A stretch of DNA of 64,000 nt from Octopus vulgaris (GCA_951406725.2 OX597817.1:46314001-46378000), one strand, 5' to 3'; positions 1 to 13,934 are shown, counted from the stretch's first letter. A program made the numbers and translations. Notes: generated from the letters alone by a model not told the origin.

Positions 1-938
1 GTGAGGAGACCACAGTGGGCAGCAGTATTCAAGATGTGGCCGTACAAAGGAGGAAAAAAGTGGTATGATGACACCTTGTTCTCTGGACCGGAAAGTTCCT
101 AAGATCCAGCAACTCATCCTACGAGCTATATCGACCTTCTTGTTGATGTGTGCACTCCAACTGAGATCGTCATCAACAATTACACCCAGGTCTCTGATAT
201 TGTTAGAGGTTGTGAGCGGTTCCCCTGAAGGAAGAGAGTATGGCTGTTTTAGTGAGGAGTTTCTTCCAAAATGCATCAGCTCGAATTTTCCCTCGTTCAG
301 TTGCATTTTGTTTCTGTCTGCCCATTGACTCACATCATATAGATCAGACTGGAGTTGAGTTCGGTCTGCTTCTTCATTGACGATTTGCTGGAGCTTGGTG
401 TCATCAGCAAATATTTTCACTTTGCAGTAATGTACGACACTGGAAAGGTTGTTTATGTAGATTATGAAGAGTAGCGGACCCAAGACAGTCCCCTGGGGGA
501 CACCGCTGGTGACTTTTGCTGGGCTTGAGTGGACTCCATCAACTACAACATGTTGTGTTCTATTCGCCAGGAAATACTTGATCCAGTGTAGAACTTTTCC
601 ACGGATTCCAACATTTGCCAATTTTGAGAGTAGGATATTATGGTCTACCCTGTTGAACGCTTTACTGAAGTCAAGATATATGACATCAGAGTTCGAACCT
701 GTTCCCAAGGCTTTGAGTACATCTTCAATGTGGTGTAAGATCTGTGTTAGACAGTCCCTGTCACAGCGAAAGCCATGCTGATTTGCATTTAGGAGTTTCT
801 GGGTCTCCAGGAAGTCAGCCAACCTTGATGTTAACACTCTTTCAAACACTTTGATGATGTGGGAGGTGAGTGAGATTGGGCGATAGTTGAGTGCGAGGGA
901 TCTGTTTCCCTGTTTGAAAACCGGGATGACTGACTGGG

Positions 939-939
<1 letters not shown>
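1..939 (-). mobile_element. CR1-like non-LTR retrotransposon, reverse transcriptase region (5'-truncated at 939, runs off window start)
   Basis: Manual minus-strand translation gives NYRPISLTSHIIKVFE, NQHGFR, VIYLDFSKAFNRVDH, SGVPQGTVLGPLLFIIYINNL, KIFADDTKL and FVRPHLEYCCPLWSP, which are CR1/L2-group RT motifs. The 5' end abuts a (TA)n tract. Confidence 0.93.
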
Positions 940-1004
<65 letters not shown>

Positions 1005-1134
1005 ATCACTAGCCATTACAGGCACACTGAAGGAAAACAAGAAGAGAAGAAATGTGTGTAATGGCTAGTGATATACATATATATATACATATATATATAT
1101 ATGTATGTATACGTGTATATATATATATATATAT

Positions 1135-1354
1135 GATAATACCTCGACTATCATGGGTGTTACGTTCCAAAACCGCCCGCAATAGGTAAAAATATCCGAA
1201 GTAGAAACTGTAGCGTACTGTATTTTCTCTTTATCGTCTTTATAATTTGTGTATATTTATTTTATTATAAATGCACAACAACACCATGGAGGAATTATTG
1301 TAAGCTCAAATAAGAAACCGCAACAGGTGAACCGCGATATGGCGAGTGATTACT
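1135..1354. mobile_element. Degenerate MITE, Tigger/pogo-like
   Basis: Imperfect terminal inverted repeats (ATAATACCTCGACTATC ... GATATGGCGAGTGATTACT) and an internal repeated CCGCAA(T/C)AGGT motif. Confidence 0.55.
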
Positions 1355-1609
1355 CTTTTTGCGCGTGCGTATGTGTTTAAGACAGAAAGGGGGGGTGGGA
1401 GAGAGAGAATAAGAGTGACATGTGGCTTTTCTGCGAGTTTGCTTGCCCGCGTTTAGCATTTTTCATAATTTTTGGCATATTTTTAAAAATCCAAAATTTT
1501 TTAAATAATTTTTACGTTATTGGCAAGAAAAACCTTATAATCCCATTCTTAATAACAGTTTGAAATGATGTCACAGGTCTAGCAGTTACTGTGAGGCGGG
1601 GAATTCCAC

Positions 1610-1779
1610 TACATCGACCTCTGTACTTACGTGGCTGTCACTTATTTTATAGACATCAAAAAAAAAAAAAAGAAAAAAAGGCAAAGTCGACCTTAGCGGA
1701 ATTTGAACTCAAAACGTAAAGACGGACAAAATCACGCAAAGCAATTTGCCCATCGTGCTAACGATTCTCTCAGCCCGCC
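1610..1779 (-). mobile_element. tRNA-derived SINE, family M, degenerate
   Basis: GGCAAAGTCGACCTTAGCGGAATTTGAACTC matches the core of the family M copies at 18595, 41808, 47103 and 58812. Confidence 0.8.
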
Positions 1780-2144
1780 TCTGTTGCATTTCGTAATAAT
1801 GCCGTGTATTATGTGGCTTGTGGAAATATACTCAAAAGAAAGTGATATACAAATTGTAAACAATTTATGAACGAGATAACATAAGACGTGATATAACAAT
1901 GCGTGCATTAATTAATAGCAGAGAATACCAGATTAATTAATATTAAAGCATGAGTCAATATAATAACCTGATAGGAAGTTAATTAATGGATGCACACGCG
2001 TACGCCAATCCGCATTTTTAAAGAAAGAAAGACCATATCTGAAGTCTCCATATGTGTACATGTGCATACATGCATAACCATGCGCACACACTCCCATGCG
2101 AAACCACTCATGAATACAAACACAGACGCTAATACATTTATATA

Positions 2145-2252
2145 GATAGACAGAAAGATAATGGCTAGATAGGTAGATAGACAAACAGACAGACAGACTC
2201 ATATGCAGACTGACAGACAGACAGACAGAATGATAGATAGATACAAAGACAA

Positions 2253-2317
<65 letters not shown>

Positions 2318-2342
2318 GGATAGATAGATAGATGGATAGATT

Positions 2343-2380
<38 letters not shown>

Positions 2381-2541
2381 CAGGCAAACTGATAGACATA
2401 CAGACATACAGACAGACAAAGAGACAGGCATACAAATATACATACAGGCAGACAGACAGATTGATAGAAAGATAGTTAGGTAGCTAGATAGATAGACAGA
2501 TAAATAGACAAACAGACAGACAGAAAGACAGACAGACAGAC

Positions 2542-2632
<91 letters not shown>
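2145..2632. repeat. (GATA)n/(GACA)n microsatellite cluster
   Basis: Direct observation. Confidence 0.97.
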
Positions 2633-3859
2633 AAAGCGATTTTATTGTATTTATATAATTCTATTTATTATTGTTTGCATTCTTCCTTTAAGAAAAGTTC
2701 TAGATTCTACAACATACAAAGCTCCATCTTTGGTATGCGGATGACAAAACGAAATTCTCACTTTGAACGCCAAAAATGTTTCGTATTTTTATAGTTTAAC
2801 TTAAAGATTATATTTCTAATAACACTTGTTAGCTGGTTGATTTCTATTGCTGAAAAACCTAACATTTCCAGGTTTAAAATAACCATTTACTATGGGAACT
2901 TAGTGTATCAGTTACTGTTGCTGTAAATATGGGAATAGAAGCTGAAGATACTAAATATTTTTATAAAAATATGCCTAAACTCGTGTCTCCAAAGCGAGAA
3001 ACTGTTAGTGGTTCGAATCTTTATACAGAGTACAGTAAATCGAAAGCTTTGTCGAAAGTGATCTCACGGATGAGAGGCCACTGGTGTATGGCGTAGGATC
3101 AAATTCGTTCTGTAGATATGGGACAACAGACACTTTATTTTGGATATCGCTTATAAAGAGTATCTGATTAATGTTGTTAACAAAATTCTGAATGCTTTAT
3201 GGGGTGAAACCAGAACACTATGCATTTCATTTTCTTATACTTCTCTGTTCCATTTACATTTTCAATCCTGTCATTAAAACAATATTTGCAATCCCTCTTC
3301 AAGTGTTCTTTATGTTTAGTCTTTCAACATTTGGACATGATTTTAGATGAGATGTAATCATCTTTTACTGTTGGTCTCTATGTTGGTTTTATATGTATTT
3401 TAAACAGTAACTATGTAGTTTCAGCCGCCCCACGTTACTCCACCTTAGGCGATAAAAAATAGTAAACTTCTAAACTATTTGTCACCTTCATTGCAGAAGT
3501 TTTGAAATCAATTCTCGTAGATGTCGGCAAAAGATGATATCATTCATTTTCAATAACACTTAGGCGACGACGAGGGACATTCTAAAGTGTATTCATTGAT
3601 CATTTGATTTTCTTTACTTTATTTCGTTTGTTTGAGTCCTTGCAACAGAAAATTAATGAGATTTTTAGTGCTAACAAGTGCTTAAACGTAAAGTTTTCAG
3701 GTAAAATATGAGCTGTTATTTTACTGCAGGTTTTTGTTAACTACAGTAAACACCAAAACAGAGTTGAGTATTTCGAGTCACATATGAATTGAGTATAATC
3801 ATGATTTATACTACAGAACGAATGTTTGAAATAGAAAAAAAAACAGCTGTTACTTAGTA

Positions 3860-4720
3860 GAAGTGTATTTGCATCACGTTTTCGTCGGTGATAGTGAGAC
3901 CTTGCATTTATACGAACCTGAAGATTTATTTTGTTGTTCATATTTATGCGTTTTCAATTACTGTTTCTGCACTGCAGAAGTCTTGGTGTACCGTCATAGA
4001 AGGGATTTTTCTATGGTTTCCATTCATGGTATCTGTGCAAATTCGACTCGATTGATATTTACATAGAGTCTTGTACAATTTATACAATAATGGTTTTGGG
4101 TATGTATAGCGATTGTCTTCTTAAACTTGGTGGATAGTCATAGACTTATTGTAGAATATCTTCCGTGTCTCTCTTCGTGGAATCAGTGGTGATGTAGTGT
4201 GAGGTTTCTAGGTCGCTTCTGGATCACTCTTAGGTTTAATATAATTTGGCAACCGTTATCAGTCAGTGAATGTGACATGAAATATTTACTTACAAACCAC
4301 TTTCTCAGTCCGTTTCAAATTATAACATTTGAAGTCAGAAACTTATCAATAGCTTACTGTTACTTGTTGTATACAATAAATGATCGATAGGTGCATTTCT
4401 GTGAACTATCTCTCATGTATATGATATTGAATAAATTCTGTTATTACTTGTGTGTGAATATAAAGCTCTGTATCTTCATCTTGGGCTTGTTGAGGTAATA
4501 TAGAAATTATACTGTATAAATAAAACTTAAAAACAACTCGTATATACTAAAAAGAGATATTGATCATAAACTATCACCTTTAAAGACTTTGAACGCTTTT
4601 GTTAAGTCAATAAAGGTTATGCGTTGAGAATATACTTTGTTTGATTTGCTGAAATAGACACTTTGTCCATTGGAAAACTGTTGGGGTGGAAACCACGGAG
4701 CAATTTTTAGTTTTAATTTA
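3860..4720 (-). mobile_element. Highly degenerate RTE-clade LINE fragment
   Basis: The minus strand near 4590-4705 reads approximately GFHPN...FIDLTKAF, the RT QxGFR/FIDLTKAFD region. 3924-4051 resembles the RTE C-terminal RCLRxI..W segment. Many stops and frameshifts. Confidence 0.5.
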
Positions 4721-7353
4721 TTTGAAAGCTTTTGAATACTACTTATCTACACACGTATAGACAAACTTCAGCATTCTTTGGTAATGTTTCCAGTCTAAAC
4801 ATTCAATTTATTCTTATGGAAATTGAGAAAAAATATTCCTTACATTCGAAGGACCTGAAACGTTTTCTTAACATTAGCATAGTAATTCATGTCAGAGTTT
4901 TCATTGACAGTTTAAGAAATATCTGCTTATTCATCGTGACTAAAGAAAGCTAATGTTTGGAAAATTGTCAATTTCATAGAGAACATGTGAACTTACTGTT
5001 TCCAAGGCAATATTTTCTTAATAATTCATGATAAATAGCACTGCCCGGCGGGTGGTAACAGCAATATATCTTGTCCTATACTCAAACAAATTTGCTGTGC
5101 TCCGGTTTTAGATTTCTCCCTCATACCCTTACTCTTTAATTTTCTACTCCGGCTCTTCAAATACCTACGTACTATTCTTTCAAACAACACATTCCTTCAC
5201 AGGTTATAGCAAGTTTCTTTTAACACTAAGCATCTTCACCCAAGTTTCATCTACACACGGTTGAGATGCCTCGAGTCGAATTTGCACAGATAGCATGAAT
5301 GGAAACCATAGAAAAATTCCTTCGATGAGGTGACACCAGACTTCTGCAGTACAAAAACAGTCATCAAAAACGTATAAATATGAACAACAAAATAAATATT
5401 TTAATTCTCCACCAAAAAAGATCACAAAACCACTGAGTGTCTCTGCTTACAAATTCATGTCCGATTACCAAACCTGTTTACCCCTTCAAAACCACAAAAC
5501 ACTTCATCCTCAATTAATATTAACCCTTAATAAAACTCAAGCGAGTGTCACAATAGAAGACTCCTTCTAGATCTGCGACGGTGCTGGTGCCTGTATGTAC
5601 ATTCTATGTCACATCCAATAAAAAGAGCGGTACAATATTGCTCACAAAACACTCCAGCTTCGGGATCGTAGACATGTCTCCAAATTTTATCTTTCCGAAT
5701 AGTCCTCCATCTGCTCTTTATAGCTGGCGATCTCATACCAATTTCATTCGGCCACACTATGGTCATTAACCTCGCCAGTATATGTCGTCCATAGTGTGTT
5801 CATCCCCAGTCCCATACGCGGAATTCATTTTTCCACGAGAGTTCCGGACCCCAGTTATGAACTCATTGGCATACAGACAATCAGAGCTCAACTATCAAGC
5901 TAATTTGTGAGCGGCACATAACAAGTGACGGGCGATAAGATAAGATCACTTGGGTAAGGAATGACCAAGCTTTTTTCTCTTCTAATAATGCTTGTTCTTG
6001 TTTTTGTTTCAACCATGGCTGCCTCTGCGCAGTTATTTTGAGTTGCTGTTTACTTTGTAAAACAGTAAGGAGAGGGTTGCTAGCATATCACCCTCTACCC
6101 ACATTTTTCCCATCCACATCTTTACCATATGGGGCCCTAACAAAATCCGATAATAGGTATAGATGCAAATCTATCTAATTACTTGTCTCCTTCTAAAATC
6201 AGGCAGAACTTGGCGATCGTCGACTTGCAACACCGTTCTTCGTCTTGGGTTTACTTGGTAGAGTGTGTTTGTTAACTTGACAACAAGCTCAAGGTCAACA
6301 AATTTCGTGTCCCGTACTAACAAACAAGTCGAATGCCTGCGGTTCAAATCGCAAGCCCCGTGCATGCCATTGTCCTAATTGACTTAAATATAGCTGCTGA
6401 AGGGAAAAATTATACCCGTTGATATATATCTGGTCCCTCGAGACCAACTTTGTTTCTAGGCACATACAGTTTCCCCAGACCAAACCAAGGAAAAAATGAA
6501 TAAATCACCTCACATCACGCCATCGTTTTAAAGGTTTACCGCAACATATTGAATCTCCTGAATTTTAATATGAAAATGGTAAGACTCTATCTTTAGGGTG
6601 TTGTTGCTTTCTAGCAATACCTAATAATTAACTAACAACTAATTCCGATGGTAATTTTGTAAGTTAATTCTAATTCTTGATTAACTTTTGACTATAGATG
6701 CTTTTCGTTTAATTTATCATGTTTGCTACATTTCGGGTGTCAAAAATAGATTAAGTAGTAGCAAATATAATGAGTTATGTTATTACTTGCCAGCCATCTC
6801 TACAAGGTCTCTTAATAGTATTCTATTTTAATTAACTAATGAAATTTAATTTTGGCTCGCACAGCAAATTTGAAATGTCAATGTTACATTCTAGCTACTG
6901 GTAATCATTAGAATTTTTTTTTTACCTTTATATGTTTAATTGGAGTTTCCCGTCACATCATTTATAATGCTTTATATTTTTCAGTGTTCTTATATGTGTG
7001 GCATGCATTCTAGTATTGTAGCGACTGAATTTAACTAAGTCTGTTTATTATTGTCTTTTAGTTACAATAAGTTGTGCTCGAACAGGCCTAGAGCTATCCT
7101 ACATTTTTTGTGCAACAGTGATTAAATTACTTAATCCTCGAATAATTAATACATTCTGTGTGATGTTGATACGATATCTCTCCTATTTCTACCAGGGCAC
7201 AAAAACACATGGAATCTTCATCGATGTAGCTTTTCCTTTCTGATTTATAGGGTGTTCGTAATTAACATTTTAAAAATAATCCTATTTGGAAAATAGCGAT
7301 CGTCATTCATAACGTGCATTCAAAAACATTATTCGTAATTGGTCGTTTCTCAT

Positions 7354-7749
7354 TACTCTTTTACTTGTTTCAGTCATGTGACTGTAGCCATGCTGGAGCA
7401 CCACCTTTGGTCGAGCAAATCGACCCCAAGACTTATTCTTTAGAAGCCTAGTACTAATTCTATCGGTCTCTTTTGCCGAACCACCAAGTTACGGGGACAT
7501 AAACACACCAGTATCGGTTGTCAAGCGATGTTGGGGGACAAACATGGACACATAAACATATACACGCACATACATATACATATACATACATATATACGAC
7601 GGGCTTCTTTCAGTTTCCGTCTACCAAATCCACTCAGAAGGCTTTGGTCTATTGTAGAAGACACTTGCCTAAGGTGCCACGCAGTGGGACTGAACCGAGA
7701 ACCATGTGGTTCGTAAGCAAGCTACTTACCACTCAGCCACTCCTACGCC
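7354..7749 (-). mobile_element. tRNA-derived SINE, family K, near full length (head, internal TA microsatellite, CR1-like tail)
   Basis: Head GGCGTAGGAGTGGCTG...GGTTCAGTCCCACTGCGTGGCACCTT and tail GGTGCTCCAGCATGGC...GACTGAAACAAGTAAAAGAG; multiple copies in the window. Confidence 0.9.
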
Positions 7750-8248
7750 TATTGTGCATATTTATTATAGTTTGATCTTCTAGAATAAGATTTCGCAGCC
7801 ATTATATTTTGTGTAAAGAGATGTGTTTAACTAAAGCTGTTTGCTCTCAACATATGAGCTTACAGAATTTAGTGAGATACTGTAAAATATTTCTTTTTAA
7901 TAAGCTACACATAATCCAACGCAGTTTGTTAGCTGCTGAATACTGTTTCTTTTGTATAATACGCATTGTTGTGCCTGAAGCATTCATTTTGTGACATAAG
8001 CCTATTTTGGTCTGATCACAATTACCCCGCCCTTCTACAAACAAAATAGCATCAATATGTATATAGTATCCTCCTTTGGGGTACTCCGGTACTGGGTTTC
8101 TAAAATATCCTACGGTGGTCAATCAATGCCCTGATCAAGATTTACAGAGTAACCAATAATTAAAGACATTCTATCCGTGGCCATCCCACTATTTATGTGT
8201 ATGCACAATCAAAATCATTCCAATTTGTATGTTCAATATCTAATAATG

Positions 8249-8400
<152 letters not shown>

Positions 8401-9334
8401 AAAAATTACAGTTAATTAGATGTCTGCTGATATCTATGAAACATTTTTCGATAAATGTCGGTATTTTTCAAAAAATTAAAGTCTATGTTAATGGGCAGGA
8501 CCAATTTGACAAAAAAATTAGCAGAGTTTGGCAGTGTACCCGTCTTGTCATTTTTGTGCATGTGTGTAAAATGGCGAAATTTTACGCTTGGGGCAGATCT
8601 CGTCAAATTGATATCACGACGGCTAGTGCGCAAAGTGCCTAAATTTTGCTTGAGAAATACAATGTTCTTACCTAACCAAAACCTGAAACGCTGAGAAATT
8701 AAAACAACGAATTGAAATAAGTTTTAGCAAATCAAAACAATAGGTATTGAAACAAAGACTAAGCAAATGCTAAATAAATTAATATGCTAAATAGCAAAGT
8801 TTAGGTCGGTGATATCGCTATTGTGCATCTACAATATTTGAAGACAATTGCATACTTACACGGATTTATATCCGGGTTGTTCGTAAAATCACAACTAGCG
8901 GACTGAATAAATATACGTGTAATCAAGGGTGCACATGGATACAGCCTTGAATAGGCTCTAGATCCAAGTATATTGCAGGTTCTAAGTCAGGTGAATGATA
9001 AATAACATCGTGGTTCACTACAAATATTTCAGACATGGTTTTATTGATGAATAGAAGTGTTACTTCATGCAAAAACATCTTTTTCATGAGGTGAATACAT
9101 GTAAGTATTAAAGATTTTTTGAAGACCTCAGTAACAAATAACAAGGTTTTCCACCAAAATTTGACCAGAGGCAATATAGTGCTTTCTACTTGTTATTGAG
9201 ATCTTCAAAATCTTTAATTATTCCATGTTTTACACAATAAAAATGGTATTTATCTTTTGGATGATATGATATTTCTCTTCATCAATAAAAAACATTTCTG
9301 GAACAGCAGTAGTGAATCACAATCCATTAATTTT

Positions 9335-9400
<66 letters not shown>

Positions 9401-9583
9401 ACAGCTATGTGTAATATTGTACCATAAAGGAAAACTTTCATTGTCACCAAAGATGACTAAGGGAGCCGAAGTACCTATTTTAATAGAAGCAATAGTTAAA
9501 GACACTTAATTCGGTAAGAACAATGCAATATATATACATTGACAGAGAAGATAACCGCTCCATGACATTTTCTAGAATCACTA

Positions 9584-9629
9584 GGCCAAACTAGTTTCGC
9601 CTAATTCCTAGGAATCATCAGTAGTGACC
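9584..9629 (-). ncRNA. Minimal type I hammerhead ribozyme motif
   Basis: Minus strand GGTCA-cta-CTGATGA-tt-CCTAG-gaa-TTAGG-c-GAAA-CTAG-TT-TGGCC: intact cores, stems I and II, palindromic stem III. Lies downstream of a same-strand PLE endonuclease relic. Confidence 0.75.
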
Positions 9630-10129
9630 ACTTAAACGGTCGATGGTTTGCTTAAATCCTTCTGCCGGTATCTCTATTTTTACCATAAAAACCCATGGCT
9701 GGTTTAGCGAAATGATAATGGTTGTACCAAAAATTAATGTAAACAGCTATGTGACATATAACACCATAAAGGAAAATCTTATTGTTACCAAATGTGACTG
9801 AGCGCGATGCAATTTGTAATAAATAGATTAACTGTCTTCCTTAAGTAGGTATCTCTTCCTTCGGTTCAAGAATACAAAATATGAACGGGAATATCCAGCA
9901 TTCTTTTTAATGAAATAGATGTCATCAGTTTTCGCTTTTTCGTAACTGGTAACATGGAAAACCAGCAACGGAGAAAACAAAAAAACACAGGAAAGAGAAC
10001 ACTTAATCAAAATGCTTTGTGTTAATGTCATGCAATTCGCACGTTATTTTCTTTTCGTTCCTCCAGGGTGTAACGTTTGCGATTATATTTATTTGCATGT
10101 ACTTTCAAGACTGAAAGTGAGGTAGAGTC

Positions 10130-10450
10130 ATATCTTCTGAGAAAATGCACTTCGTCAAAATTACTTCTGTTTGATGTAAAATGTTGAGCAAGTACCGCCG
10201 TTCAACTGTTATTGTGCCTTGCGCCATACCTGTGCGCATTCAATCTCTTATTTAATTGTTCTGTTGTGCAACCAACATAAATCAATTGGTATTTGAGGAA
10301 TTCCGCTGCGCGCATGAAAAGAGAATTTTTACACATCCTACCTTTTGTATAAATCATAAACATAACAATTCTTGCACAACAAATATATAAACCTAACATT
10401 TCAGTTATCATTTCTGATGGAATTGATGAGTAACATCTTGTTGTGCAATG
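10130..10450 (-). mobile_element. Degenerate Penelope-like element, GIY-YIG endonuclease relic
   Basis: ORF 10202-10411 contains LIYVGCTTEQLNKRLNAHRY, followed by VLAQHF, the PLE GIY-YIG YVG..T...L..R...H signature. Confidence 0.7.
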
Positions 10451-12500
10451 AGCAGGGCTTACATCTCTTGTGAGTATTTATCGGGGTACAGCGTTGAGAA
10501 ACTTCAACGGTAGTTTTATTGGGATTAGAGGTGATGGTGGTTAATATTTCTTGTATATTTTTTATCGTGTTGAAAAGCTACAATAGGTAGATGAGGAAAT
10601 ATTTATTTGAAACGAGGAGATTTTTTCTGAAATATATTAGAAACATAAATGCAACATTTTTGAAATGTCTGCGAAATTTCAGTGCCAGTTAATCACCAAA
10701 TGAATTTGATCACGAATTTTAATTTGGCTGCGAAAATTATGGAATGTTGGCTTCCCTTGTTAATTTTAGCTAAGACATTTTTTATGTATTTTAATCGTGA
10801 TCCTTAATAACCGAGTTTGACACGACGGTGTAAAAAAACAGTTGCATTTTCTAGTAATCCCTTGTGTCAGTACAAATCCGTTTTATCCTGAAAAACTGGG
10901 ATTTCTGATTTGACTTAATTATATGATGAGGATTATTGGATCAACCGTGAAGGTAACTGTGGTAAACTCTCCGATCATACACATCATATATTTACACCGG
11001 TTGTGTCAATATAATCCATGTTTAGAATCTGCAGAATGACCCAAGAAACAGCTTAGCTAGACCCGTTTCGCTTTCTTTTGATATTTCAAAAGTATCAATA
11101 TTTGTTGACACATAAGCGGTAGAGTATCTTACTGCTGCTTATCTGAAATGTAATGAGCAGCAATTTGTTGATTTCACCCGCTGCCAGTAAGTTTATTATG
11201 GAAAGCGACTTTGCGTGAATAAATCGGAATATGTTGATATACATGAGTTTAATAAACATGAATTCATCTTTAATATGTGAATAGGCCCTACAGTTTACCT
11301 TGAGTTAAATGATAAACATTTATTTCAAGAAATAAAAAAAAGAGAACATTTTATAAAATGCGTGACATAAAAGCCTAGAATCACAGCAGACTGAAGAGTG
11401 TATTTGCTAGGAAAACGGTGGACTCGTATTGGAAAGATAAGATGAGTTTGTTTATAGAAAAGATAAGTTAAGTTCACAATGAAAGAGGTTCTCTTATAAT
11501 ATTAATAGTGAAATAATGGAATTAGGGCAAATGAAATTCTGTAAACATAAGCAATAGGATTGAAAGAGAATTATTGTGAGAAGTGGACTTGAAATATATA
11601 GACAGCTAAGGCTGATAATCACTGACATTAAAAGAAATGGAACGATGAATAATTAAAGAGAAAATGGTACTCCGAATCCGATGTTAAACCAAAGAGAGAA
11701 AAATGTCATATTCAAGGAGATGAAGTAATCCAAATGAGCGGTTTGTGACAGAGAAATAAACCGTAGCAGAATATTAAATGGGGAAAGAGACACAGATGAC
11801 TTTTAAGAGAATTAGAATAAGTAATCCACAGGCAAGGAGGCAGAAGATTTAGAAAGATAAGGAGGTTTTGCGAAAATGGTAATGGGGAGAGTGATGAAGG
11901 TGGAAAGAGATGAAAGAAAAGGAAGACAAATGAGGAAAAGGAAGAGTAAGATGTAACCCTATTAGAATCAAGGTGTTATTGGAGAAGACATGAAAGGGAA
12001 AAGAAGATAAAGTCATAAAAAAATGGCAATATGATAGAAAACTACGAATCGTGTTATCATTGATATATCTTTAATGATTTCGTCATATTTAAATATTTAA
12101 ATATACAATGTCATATCATAAGCAGCGGCTACAGTATGAATCAATGGATGAATATGTCAAAGTATTCTACAACCAAAGACTCAGTAAGATACGTATAATA
12201 AAGCAGACACGATTAAATTCTTCCAAGGCTCGGGTGACTGTTTTTCCCTTTTCACAAATATTCTGTGTTCGAATTAAGCGTGAAGGTGTCCATTGCGTAG
12301 CAAATCACAGGAACGTCATTCAAAATTTCCTGTACTAATCCGGAATTTTGTGTCCTAAGTAGTTCAAATCGTACCAGCATTAAGATTGTGTTTCGATGTT
12401 CGGTTTAAATAAGTCATATTCCCGTAACGTACTTGAGATTTTAAAATCAATATCCGTTCTCTCATAATCTGTATGATTGTTAGAGCAAAGTAAACATATA

Positions 12501-12566
12501 GGCGCAGGAGTGGCTGTGTGGTAAGTAGAATGCTTACCTACCACATGGTTTCAGGTTCATTCCCAC
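12501..12566 (+). mobile_element. Family K SINE 5' head only
   Basis: GGCGCAGGAGTGGCTGTGTGGTAAG...GGTTCATTCCCAC with A and B boxes, ending where PLE sequence begins. Confidence 0.85.
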
Positions 12567-13243
12567 AGAAATCTAGAATGGAGCACTAACACACACCACA
12601 ACATATGACGATAGAGGTTCCTGAAAACATAATAAATACACAGATAAATAAACTAATAGAAATAAAGAATTATATATATATATATATATTATTTATTTAT
12701 TTATTTTTTTCGATTCGCTTTATCATTATTATTACTAGTATTGTTGTTATACATACATACAAGCATATGTAATGATAATAATAAGTGGATGTAAACACAT
12801 GAACAAAATTAGAATAAACAAAAACAACAAAAACAAAATACAAATTGCATGAACATATATAAACAGAAGATACAAATATTACAGGCATCCCCCACATACA
12901 CACACTAAATAAACATAGACGCACATAGAGATATAAGCATGCGCAAATGAAGACATACAATAGAAATACAAAATGGCTGACGGTTAGTAAGGAGAGACAC
13001 AAATAAGAAAGAAGAAAACAAAGGACCACTGATGCGGTCACAGGAGTGTGACGAAATAATTCTGGCCAAAATAAGATTAAGATTAATGTAAAAAATAAAT
13101 AACACTGAAGCAAAGTAACACCAAATATATAGTGCGTGTGTTTTTATTGGCTAAACTGGCAATATGACCATTCCGAAATATAACAATATCTGTTTCAACA
13201 CATGACTTCACATAAAAAATCTTGCACAACAAATATTTAAACG
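12567..13243 (+). mobile_element. PLE pseudo-LTR copy 1 (ORF 3' end plus 3' UTR), inverted relative to the main ORF
   Basis: Reverse-complement match to 13317-14075 and direct match to 15546-15991. Confidence 0.92.
13023..13067 (+). ncRNA. Hammerhead-like motif in pseudo-LTR copy 1 (variant core)
   Basis: GGACCA-CTGATGCG-GTCACA-ggag-TGTGAC-GAAA-TAATTC-TGGCC. Confidence 0.65.
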
Positions 13244-13254
13244 TATATATATAT

Positions 13255-13306
<52 letters not shown>

Positions 13307-13316
13307 TGTTGTATAT

Positions 13317-13852
13317 ATTTTGCCAGTTTAGCCAATAAAAACACACGCACTATATATTTGGTGTTACTTTGCTTCAGTGTTATTTATTTTTTACATTAAT
13401 CTTAATCTTATTTCGGCCAGAGTTCTCTCGTCACACTCCTGTGACCGCATCAGTGGTCCTTTGTTTTCTTCTTACTTATTTGTGTCTCTCCTTACTAACC
13501 GTCAGCCATTTTGTATTTCTATTGTATGTCTTCATTTGCGCATGCTTATATCTCTATGTGCGTTTATGTTTATTTAGTGTGTGTATGTGGGGGATGCCTG
13601 TAATATTTGTATCTTCTGTTTATATATGTTCATGTAATTTGTAATTTTATATGTTCATGTAATTTGTATTTTTATGTTTTTTTTTTTGTTTTTTTTGTAT
13701 TTTTGTATTTTGTTTTTTGTTTTTTTTGTTTTTGTTTATTCTTATTTTGTCCATGTGTTTACATCCACCCATTATTATCATTACATATGCTTGTATGTAT
13801 GTATGTATGTATAATAACAATGCTAGTAATAATAATAATAATAAATTGAATC

Positions 13853-13931
<79 letters not shown>

Positions 13932-13934
13932 CAT

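Noticed and set aside
65-781. Plus-strand ORFs 65-328 and 464-781
   Set aside because: They are antisense shadows of the CR1 RT frame.
5548-6500. Moderately GC-rich ORFs (5548-5766; 6295-6483 with ETKL...INGYNF, resembling an APE endonuclease)
   Set aside because: Too degenerate to assign; possibly a LINE 5' relic.
7847-8248. Minus-strand ORF (GYFRNPVPEYPKGG...) and upstream WNDFDC as a possible exon or pseudogene
   Set aside because: No recognisable family, with stops between the segments; it needs blastx.
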